This document shows, one piece after another, positions 56,525-64,000 of a DNA stretch of 64,000 nucleotides. Numbering within the stretch: the stretch's first letter is position 1; each line of letters begins with the position of its first letter. The DNA is from Dehalococcoidia bacterium (GTDB lineage: Bacteria; Chloroflexota; Dehalococcoidia; Bin125). A model generated the notes under the pieces. That model did no database searches. It saw nothing but the letters and a program-made list of their open reading frames with translations, and was not told the DNA's origin. The stretch lies in NCBI GenBank assembly GCA_963663235.2, contig CAXXNO010000005.1, positions 113,605-177,604 on the forward strand, read 5' to 3'. The translations under genes were made by a program, and so were the position numbers.

Positions 56525-57784
56525 CTAGTCCGTGGCGGCCCCAACCGGCGCGGTTTCGTATGTCGTGATCTCATCCAGCGCCGGCTTGATCTCCTTCATG
56601 AAGGTCTCGATGTGCTGGATCACGCTTTCTTTCGGCTGCTGGGCGTAGTGCAGCACCAGGATGATGTACTCCGCCGGGAACTCCCGCCACTGCTCCACCA
56701 GCATCGACCGCACCTCGTCCACTGTCCCCGTGGCGTGCTGCGGCGACGCCTCGATCGTGTCCAGCACCTCCTCGACGGTCGGCTTCAACGGCAGCGCGTT
56801 CTCCATCTTGCGCGCCTCCCGCGCCAGCTGGTTGTAGAAGTTCTTGTAGATCTCCACGTCGTACTCGGTGAGCGCCTTCCGCACGGCCTCCCGGTTCTCC
56901 CCGATCTGCATCCAGCGCACCGACGCCTGGTTCTGGCCCAGCGCGTACGTCCGGCCCGCTTCCTTCGCCGCCTTCACGTACGCCGGGCCGAACGCGGCCG
57001 TCCGCTCGACGCCCGCGAAGTAGGTGGGGATGAAGCCGCGCCGCGCCGCATACTCCACCGTCGACACACTCCCGGAGCTCGCCACGCACACGATCGGGTG
57101 GGGCTTTGTATACGGCGAGGGCACCACGCTGACCCGGCGCACCCGCCCCTCCGCGTCCAGTTCGCCGGGCGCACCCAGCCGCCCGGTCGACTCTCGCATC
57201 CACCAGTCGATGCCGCTGTCGTACGGGTACGGGATCTGCCACCGCGGCGAGTTGTGCTCAATGCTCTCTTGCGTCCACGCCTCCAGCACCATCTCCACTT
57301 GCTCTTCGAAGATCTCCCGGTTCAGGGCGTCCGCTGCATTTCCCAGCGAGTGCGTCGCCACCGCCCCCAGGTGCTGCCCCAGCACGTTCGTCCAACGATC
57401 CTGATAGCCCCGCGCGAACCCCACGAAAAACCGCCCTTGCGCCAGGTGGTCCAGCACCGCCGTCTCTTCCGCCACCCGGATCGGGTTCTGCGCGCTCATC
57501 ACGTACCCCAGCGCCCCCACCCGGATCCGTTTGGTGATCGCCGCCCAGTACGCCGTCAGCACGCTCGGCGCTGGCCCCACCTCGTACCCCTCCGAGTGAA
57601 AGTGGTGCTCGATCGCGGCAATGCCCCAGAGCCCCAGCTCGTCCGCCGCCTGCACGATGTCGTGCGTGCCCCGGATCGCCTCTTGGTACCGATCCGCGTT
57701 CCGGCCCATCGGCCGCAGCGCCGTCCGTTCGGCCTCGTCGGCCGCCCGAATCATGGGGAACAGCTGGATCATCACTTTGACCAT
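56525..57784 (-). CDS. LLM-class flavin-dependent oxidoreductase
   Basis: IEHHFHSEGYEVGP, NPIRVAEETAVLDHL, GFARGYQ. Confidence 0.92.
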   Translation of the reverse strand: MVKVMIQLFPMIRAADEAERTALRPMGRNADRYQEAIRGTHDIVQAADELGLWGIAAIEHHFHSEGYEVGPAPSVLTAYWAAITKRIRVGALGYVMSAQNPIRVAEETAVLDHLAQGRFFVGFARGYQDRWTNVLGQHLGAVATHSLGNAADALNREIFEEQVEMVLEAWTQESIEHNSPRWQIPYPYDSGIDWWMRESTGRLGAPGELDAEGRVRRVSVVPSPYTKPHPIVCVASSGSVSTVEYAARRGFIPTYFAGVERTAAFGPAYVKAAKEAGRTYALGQNQASVRWMQIGENREAVRKALTEYDVEIYKNFYNQLAREARKMENALPLKPTVEEVLDTIEASPQHATGTVDEVRSMLVEQWREFPAEYIILVLHYAQQPKESVIQHIETFMKEIKPALDEITTYETAPVGAATD

Positions 57785-57892
57785 CGCCGTCGGCCTCATT
57801 CCTCGACTGCGCCGCTCTGTTCACGACGCGCGCTCCGCGAACCCTAGCACTATTCGTCGCACCCCCGCTCGATCTCGGAAGCGCCTGGTCGC

Positions 57893-58468
57893 TCACACCT
57901 CCCCATACCGAAAGCACGATACGAGGTGATCGTTGACCAGGCCCGCGGCCTGCATGAAGGCGTAGCAGATCGTCGGCCCCACGAAGCGAAACCCTCGGCG
58001 CTTGAGTTCGGCGTTCATCGCCTCGGACTCCGCCGTTTTGGCCGGAACTTCGTCGAATGTCGTGAAGGCGTTGCGTCGGGGCGACCCGTCCACGAACTGC
58101 CACAGAAACCGGTCCAGCGACCCCCACTCCTCGATGACGGCCAGCGCCGCTTGCGCGTTGCCGACGGTCGCCGTGATCTTGGCCCGGTTGCGGATGATCC
58201 GCGCATCCTTTACCAGCCGCGCGATCGTGCGGCTCTCGTAGGCGGCCACCCGCGCTATCTCGAAGTCGTCGAACGCCGCCCGATAGCCGTCGCGCCGGTG
58301 CAGGATGGTCCGCCAGCTGAGGCCGGCCTGCGCTCCCTCCAGTGTGAGCAACTCGAACAGCGCCCGGTCGTCGTGCAGCGGCACACCCCACTCTTCGTCG
58401 TGGTATCGCTCCATGGCGGAATCGCCTCCGCCGAAGCAGCGCTGCACCGCTTCTGCTTCCCGCCCCAT
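57893..58468 (-). CDS. tag: DNA-3-methyladenine glycosylase I
   Basis: YHDEEWG, LEGAQAGLSW, IIRNRAKI, FVGPTICYAFMQA.G.VNDH. Confidence 0.95.
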   Translation of the reverse strand: MGREAEAVQRCFGGGDSAMERYHDEEWGVPLHDDRALFELLTLEGAQAGLSWRTILHRRDGYRAAFDDFEIARVAAYESRTIARLVKDARIIRNRAKITATVGNAQAALAVIEEWGSLDRFLWQFVDGSPRRNAFTTFDEVPAKTAESEAMNAELKRRGFRFVGPTICYAFMQAAGLVNDHLVSCFRYGEV

Positions 58469-58559
58469 GGCCTCCTCCTCCGGCGCACGGCCACCGTGGG
58501 CGGACCGAAGGTCCTGCTCCCGCTTGAGCATGAGGCCCGGCCTGCGCCGAGCCTCTTGC

Positions 58560-59384
58560 TTACTCTTTCCGCGCAGCCGTTCCGGTCTCGGGGTCGTAAT
58601 CCTTGCTGACGAAACGGCCCAGCGCTTCGCCGGAGATCTGCACGGTGCTGGCGATGATCGCCTCCATCGCCATCGCGTCGTCGTAGGCGCGCCCCAGGCT
58701 GCGCAACACCGATTCCGTGTCCGCCACCAACGCTGGCTGCGGGACCGCCGCCAGCATCTCCGCGATCTCCCGCGCCCGATCCATGAGTTGCTCGTCCGGC
58801 ACGATCTCCTGGATCAGCCCGATCCGGTACGCCTCCGCCGCGTCGATCTGCTTGCCCGTCTGGATCAGGTAGAGCGCGTTCGCCAGCCCCACCGTCAAGG
58901 GCAGGCGGTAGGTGCCCCCGTCCACCGTCGGCCCGCCCCAGCGCCGTGTGAGGATGCCGTACTTCGAGCTCTCCGCCCCGATCAGGAAGTGGCACGCCAG
59001 CGCCACCTCCATCCCGCCCGCCACGCAGTACCCGTTCACCGCCGCGATCATCGGCTTGTAGATGTCGGTCCGCCGCACGAACTTCGGGCTCTGGAAGAAC
59101 CGCCGCCGCTGCTCCTCAGGCGTCGACGCCTCCGCGAACCCCTGCTCGCCCTCCTGTGTGCGCGCCTCCGCCGCTTTCAGGTCCGCCCCGGCGCAGAACG
59201 CCCGCCCTTTCCCCGTCAGCATCATCACCCGCGCGCTGTCGTCGCCGTTGAACCGCTCCGCCGCCTCCGCCACCCCCTCTATCAGCCCGCCCCCGAAGTT
59301 GTTCATCACCTTGGGGCGGTTCATCGTCACGGTCACGATCGCCCCGGCTTGCTCGTACAGGACCGGCGCTTCACCTTCGGCCAT
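58560..59384 (-). CDS. Enoyl-CoA hydratase/isomerase (crotonase) family
   Basis: MNRP, AFCAGADL, KPMIAAVNG.CVAGGME. Confidence 0.92.
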   Translation of the reverse strand: MAEGEAPVLYEQAGAIVTVTMNRPKVMNNFGGGLIEGVAEAAERFNGDDSARVMMLTGKGRAFCAGADLKAAEARTQEGEQGFAEASTPEEQRRRFFQSPKFVRRTDIYKPMIAAVNGYCVAGGMEVALACHFLIGAESSKYGILTRRWGGPTVDGGTYRLPLTVGLANALYLIQTGKQIDAAEAYRIGLIQEIVPDEQLMDRAREIAEMLAAVPQPALVADTESVLRSLGRAYDDAMAMEAIIASTVQISGEALGRFVSKDYDPETGTAARKE

Positions 59385-59537
59385 TATCGCCGCCTTCCGC
59401 TCCTGGATCGCTCAGGACCGCGCCATGCTACGCCAGTCCCGCCTGCGCCACCGTCCCCCGGATTGAACGTGCCCCTCGACATCGTCTAGCCTCGCGCTCC
59501 CGCGCAATGATGCGCTCGCAGCGGAGCGGACGGCCCC

Positions 59538-62054
59538 ATGCACACGCGCGCTCTGCTCCTCGTTCTTCTCGTCACTACTCTGCTGGGCTCTTCGGCCCTG
59601 ACGCCTCGCCCCACCGGCGCGGGCATTGAGAAGGGCAGCATTGGGATCGTCTCCATCAACGACGTCCCGTTCGACGAAATCGGCGACCTCCGGGACCTTG
59701 TCTTCGTCGGCGCCCAGTGCTTCACCATCCGCTACGAGTTCACGGTCGGCTTCGCTGCGCCCTCGCCCGGCCGGGGCGCTGCCAGCGTCAACGGGCAGGT
59801 CGTCCTGGACGGGCAAGCGCCGGGCGAGTTCACGGACGTGGGCGACGGCATCCGGGTCCGGGTCGATCGGGAGAGGCTTCCTCTTGGGCCGGAAGATGAC
59901 CCGGTTGACGATATCGGGGAGGAGCGTGATGCATGGACGGTCACGATCTGCACCTCCGACACTACGCCCGATGGCACGCAGATCGACGCTTTCTTCAGCA
60001 CCTTCGTCAGCCACCCCGACTCCCCCGATCCGGACGACGCTCACACCCCCACTCCCCTCACCTTCGGGGTCGTCCAGCCGGACCCTCTCGATGAGGTCAT
60101 TCTGGGCATGGGCGATGTCGTCCCCCCCGGTGACGCCGCCTTCCACATCACCGGCGATCCGCCCATCGACGTCACGGACCCCGACACCGGCGGCATGCTC
60201 GACTTTCCCGTCCAGATCGTCCCGGTGAACCTCCGCTCCGACGGCTTCGGCCTCATCGTCACGGACCCCCTCGCTCCCCCCCAGCCCGGCGACCCCACCG
60301 CCGCCGGCCGCACCGACGTGCTCAGATGCCCCCTCGCGGATGACGGATCCCCCTCCTGTGCGGGTCTCGACGGACGCAACTGGACCCGCACAGCGGAGGC
60401 CTCCTTCACCGGCTCAACGCCCTTCGCCCTGAATCGCAACCCCCAGATCCTTGACCTCGACCTCGACGGAACTCTCGACCTCGTTCATCTAGTCCCGCCC
60501 GTCTGCGTTCAGACCACCGTCCCCTCCGGCAAGGAGGACGCGCCGGACACGACGGTCTCTGGCTGCTCGTCGGGCGGAGTCTCCTTCATCCCCGGCGGCG
60601 GGACGCCCCTCACTTGGGGGGGTGTCGCCTTTCCGGAACCGGCGGTCGTGGACATCCCCCTCGATACCGGCGGCGTCGGATTTGAGGACGGCTACCTCCT
60701 CGAAGCCGGCGGTTCGACATCGTGGGGCGGGATCCCGATCGGTGACACGCTGGGAGGACCCTTGCTCGTCCTTGGCGGGCCGGACCCGGAAGGTGGCAGC
60801 CTCACCGTCTGCGACTGGATAGACGTCCGTGACGGCGCAAGCTGCGTTCCGCGCTGCGCCGATGAAGGCCTCAACGGCGACGGCGAGCTCGGCGGCTGCG
60901 TGAGCATCGGGGCGTCTGACCCCAACTTCGGCGGCGTCGTATCAGGCAGGTATCGAGAGGGCGCGTACGGCGGCGCGCTGAGCCCGCGAGACCTCCGCGC
61001 CGCGCAGGGCGGCCAAGCATCGGGCTTCTGCGCCGAGGCCTGCCTCGCCGTCGGCGCACCGGCGGACACCTCCGGCGCCGCCTCGACGGTTTACCTGATC
61101 GACCCCAACCTCCTTCCGCCCGGCGACACCTTCGACCTCATCCCCGGCGTCGACTGGGCCCGCACCATTTCCGGCATTCCCAACGGCCACCGCGGCCTCG
61201 CCCTCACCCTCGCCGACCTCAACCTGGACGGCGCAATGGACATCGTGATTGGCGTCCCCGGCGCCGACAGCGGCGACGTCCAAACCGCGCAGGCGGGCGC
61301 GAGCGACGAGACCGGCGCGGCCTACGTCGTCGAGGGCCCCTTCCGCACAGGCGCCCTCGGCGACCTCGTTGTCCGTGCCTACGTCGGCGGCGCTTCGGGC
61401 GAGCTCTTCGGCGGCGACGTCGAAGTCGCCGACCTCAACGGCGATGGCCTGCCCGACCTCCTGATCACCGCCCGCTTCCACAAGACCGGCCCCTTCGTCG
61501 TCCCCGCCGGCGCCGTCTTCGCTTTCTACGCCACGCCCGATCAGGTGGTGGCCCAGACGCGCAGCGTGAACCTGGTCCCCGGCCTGAACCTGGTGGCTTG
61601 GACCGGCGACACCGCCATCCCCGACGCTACCGCTTCCATCGCCGGCCTCTTCAGCCAAATCCTCGGGTGGGACGCGGCCGCCCAGGGCTACGTCTCCTTC
61701 ATCCCCGGTCTGCCGGCGGTGGTGCAGGGCGTGACCGACCTGAACACGGGCGACGCCTTCTGGATCGTCATGGACCAGGCGGCGACTTGGGAGCAGCCCG
61801 CCTTCAACGACGCCCGATCCGTCGCCCTCCTCGCCGGGCTGAACCTGGCGATGTGGACCGGCCCCGCCATGGACATCGAAGGCGCCTTGGAAGGCCTCGC
61901 GGCCGCGGACGCCGTCTTCCGCTGGAACGGCGTCGCCTACGACACCTGGCGCCGCGGCGCACCCGTCGGTAACACGTTGGAGACGCTCGCCAACGGCGAC
62001 GCCTTCTTCATCCGCCTGGCCGCCGCCGCCGCCTGGGAGCAGCCGGCGCAATAG
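59538..62054 (+). CDS. Secreted FG-GAP-repeat surface protein with two tandem C-terminal modules
   Basis: Signal peptide; DLDLDGTLD, DLNLDGAMDIVIG, DLNGDGLPDLLI; GLNL..WTG...GDAF.I...WEQP x2. Confidence 0.85.
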   Translation: MHTRALLLVLLVTTLLGSSALTPRPTGAGIEKGSIGIVSINDVPFDEIGDLRDLVFVGAQCFTIRYEFTVGFAAPSPGRGAASVNGQVVLDGQAPGEFTDVGDGIRVRVDRERLPLGPEDDPVDDIGEERDAWTVTICTSDTTPDGTQIDAFFSTFVSHPDSPDPDDAHTPTPLTFGVVQPDPLDEVILGMGDVVPPGDAAFHITGDPPIDVTDPDTGGMLDFPVQIVPVNLRSDGFGLIVTDPLAPPQPGDPTAAGRTDVLRCPLADDGSPSCAGLDGRNWTRTAEASFTGSTPFALNRNPQILDLDLDGTLDLVHLVPPVCVQTTVPSGKEDAPDTTVSGCSSGGVSFIPGGGTPLTWGGVAFPEPAVVDIPLDTGGVGFEDGYLLEAGGSTSWGGIPIGDTLGGPLLVLGGPDPEGGSLTVCDWIDVRDGASCVPRCADEGLNGDGELGGCVSIGASDPNFGGVVSGRYREGAYGGALSPRDLRAAQGGQASGFCAEACLAVGAPADTSGAASTVYLIDPNLLPPGDTFDLIPGVDWARTISGIPNGHRGLALTLADLNLDGAMDIVIGVPGADSGDVQTAQAGASDETGAAYVVEGPFRTGALGDLVVRAYVGGASGELFGGDVEVADLNGDGLPDLLITARFHKTGPFVVPAGAVFAFYATPDQVVAQTRSVNLVPGLNLVAWTGDTAIPDATASIAGLFSQILGWDAAAQGYVSFIPGLPAVVQGVTDLNTGDAFWIVMDQAATWEQPAFNDARSVALLAGLNLAMWTGPAMDIEGALEGLAAADAVFRWNGVAYDTWRRGAPVGNTLETLANGDAFFIRLAAAAAWEQPAQ

Positions 62055-62058
62055 CCGC
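61918..62058 (+). repeat. 141-bp direct repeat copy 1 (3' end of FG-GAP gene)
   Basis: Matches 62992-63132; last 114 bp differ at one base. Confidence 0.92.
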
Positions 62059-62144
62059 GCACAGGTGATGCGGGCGGCGCGTTTGTGCCGGGCTTCCTGC
62101 GCGCGGTACTTTTCCGCGCAAGCGTCCAAGGGGAAGACGAGCAC

Positions 62145-62940
62145 ATGCGATGGGTCTCCATCCTCCCGGTGGCGGGAGCGACGCTCTTGTTAGCGGCCTG
62201 CGGGGGCACCGACGATGATGAAGACGTCGCCGTCGCCGTGGCGGAGCCCTTGCCCGCCCAGACTACGGCGATCCCGCTCCCGTCCGAGCCGCTCGACCGC
62301 GCCTCCGCGGGCGAGTTCCTCGCTGTTTTCCACCCCCGAGCGCGAGCCGCTGGCGAGGCTGGGAAGCCAGCTGGCGGGAAGCCGCACCCGGATGGATGAG
62401 CTCATCTTCACCGCCGACGAGAGCTTCTTCGCCGGCTTGGAGGCGGGAGTCGGGTCTCCTGAGCACTTCAGGCTGGATCATGGAGTCGGCCCAGACCGAG
62501 GCCGCGAATATCCTCCTCGATCGCGCCCGCAGCCCCGATTCGGACCCGGACTCGCTTCTCGGTCCGCACCGTGTGGGTCGGGCTGTTGGTCGAGGTGTTC
62601 GAAACCGCGGCGGGAGCGCGGGCGGTGATGGAGACCATCGAGGCGATGAGCTCGGCGGCGTTCGCGCAACTGATCGCAGAAGGCTCCGAAGTCGATCGGT
62701 TCAGGCTCCATGAGATCGGCATCGACCTTGAGGAGCCAGTCCGCAGCGTAGGCCTGGCGAACGTCGATGTCGGGTATGCGACCCTTCGGGTGAACTCGGC
62801 GGGCGCGGTCTTTTCAGCGCGGCCCGCTGATCCTCGTAGCGGCGACGGTCAACTTCACTTCAGAGGAGTCCCCTACCGACCCAGATGTCGAGGGGTTGGA
62901 AGCCCTCGCCGGACAGATCGACGCTCGGATCGGCGAGTAA
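62145..62940 (+). pseudogene. Multiply frameshifted lipoprotein
   Basis: LAAC lipobox; protein-like sequence switches frame about four times before TAA at 62938-62940. Confidence 0.6.
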
Positions 62941-62991
62941 AAGAGGCTGGCGTCGTGCAGCTGGCGACGGTTGAATCGGCGGACGTGATCG

Positions 62992-63132
62992 TCCGCTGGA
63001 ACGGGACGGCCTACGATTCCTGGCGCCGCGGCGCACCCGTCGGTAACACGTTGGAGACGCTCGCCAACGGCGACGCCTTCTTCATCCGCCTGGCCGCCGC
63101 CGCCACCTGGGAGCAGCCGGCGCAATAGCCGC
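62992..63132 (+). repeat. 141-bp direct repeat copy 2 (orphan C-terminal module)
   Basis: Encodes RWNGTAYDSWRRGAPVGNTLETLANGDAFFIRLAAAATWEQPAQ-stop. Confidence 0.92.
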
Positions 63133-63197
63133 CCCGTCGTTGACCGGAGGAAGCCGCCCCGCCTAACCTCCGCTCCTCAGGAAACGGAGGCGCGGCA

Positions 63198-64000
63198 TGA
63201 CCTGCCCCCGATCGTTGTACCAGTCGTTAAGGTGAGTCCGATCGCCGGGACGCGCGTCATGGGACGTTCCCGGGGTTTGCTGCGTTTCCGGGGCGGGGGG
63301 GCGGTAGCCGAGGGCACGGTGGGGGCGGATCGGGTTGTCCTCCCGCCGCCAGCCCCTTGATGAGGATCTGGGCTTCCAGCAGGGTGTCGAAGCGCTCGCG
63401 ATTGAGGCACGCGTCGCGCAGCTTGCCGTTGAACGATTCCCCAGAGCCGTTCGCCCAAGGCCTGCCCGGTTCGATGAAGCGGGTCGTGCCCCCGACCCGG
63501 TGCAGCCAGTCCCCGCACCGCGGTGGCGGTGCACGCCGGGCCGTTGGCGGACCGCAGAAACGTCGGCGGCCCCGCGCTCGACGAACAGCTGGGCCAACCG
63601 CGCCAGGCCGACGTCGCGGCGCCGTCGGGCGGGCGACGTCGAGACGCAGGCCCTCGCGGGTGGTCCTCATCCACGATGGCGAGGATCCGCACCGGGCGCC
63701 CCTCGGCGGTGCGGTCGAAGACGAAGGCGTCGGACCAGACGTGGGACGGCCGCTCGGCCCGCCGCCGCACCCGCGAGCCGGCCGCGAGCCAGCGGCGGCC
63801 CCGTTGGGGGTGCTTCCCGGGGACCCGCCAGCCTTCCTGACGCACAGCGCCGCTCGACCCCGCTTGGGGTTCACCCGCCAGCCCGCCTGGCGCAGCCGGG
63901 CCGGGATGCGACGGGGAGCCGCTAGCGGCCGCAGCGGGGGGCCAGCGCGACGCTGCGCGCGATCAGCGCCGGCGCATCCGGGGACGGCCGGGGCACGTCG
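63198..64000 (-). mobile_element. Degraded IS3-family (IS407-group-like) element, runs off window
   Basis: Terminal TGACCTGCCCCC; fragments HVWSD.FVFD, RILAIVDE, FIEPGRPW.NG..ESFNGKLRD.CLN, RPH.ALGYRPPA in shifting frames. Confidence 0.85.

Noticed and set aside
61918-63132. Diversity-generating retroelement VR/TR pair
   Set aside because: Differences are not adenine-specific in either copy (C/G, T/C, C/T, A/T included), and no reverse transcriptase is present in the window

Overview
High-GC (roughly 68-70% by eye) bacterial chromosomal segment. Gene style points to Chloroflexota, Dehalococcoidia/SAR202-like; this is an inference from the many luciferase-like monooxygenases, Tat-lipoprotein SBP and Mct/Meh. 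Housekeeping blocks: an rpoD-type sigma factor, pyrE-lepB, an ECF sigma/ZAS anti-sigma pair, dcd-ribD-ribE-ribBA-ribH, a tetrapyrrole operon and dnaN. These are interspersed with catabolic genes: nine LLM-class flavin/F420 oxidoreductases, CoA transferases, amidase, hydantoinase B and enoyl-CoA hydratase. Structure not visible in the ORF track: (1) both C5 ALA-synthesis genes (hemA, hemL) survive only as deletion scars while sirC-hemC-cobA/hemD-hemB are intact, suggesting 5-aminolevulinate dependence; (2) that operon is headed by a BldC/Xis-like HTH regulator whose promoter has four 10-bp-phased direct repeats; (3) RibD is fused to a degenerate GNAT domain; (4) a ~1.5-kb recent duplication gives two ~96%-identical LLMs with clustered substitutions; (5) a 5-kb segment after dnaN is bracketed by 38-bp direct repeats and holds a 5'-truncated tRNA-Pro; (6) a perfect AT-rich palindrome plus DnaA-box-like sites precede a dnaA-less dnaN; (7) many deletion-derived mini-genes indicate ongoing genome erosion. 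A degraded IS3-family element ends the window. No CRISPR array, rRNA or intact tRNA was seen. All calls are by motif recognition; no database searches were run.
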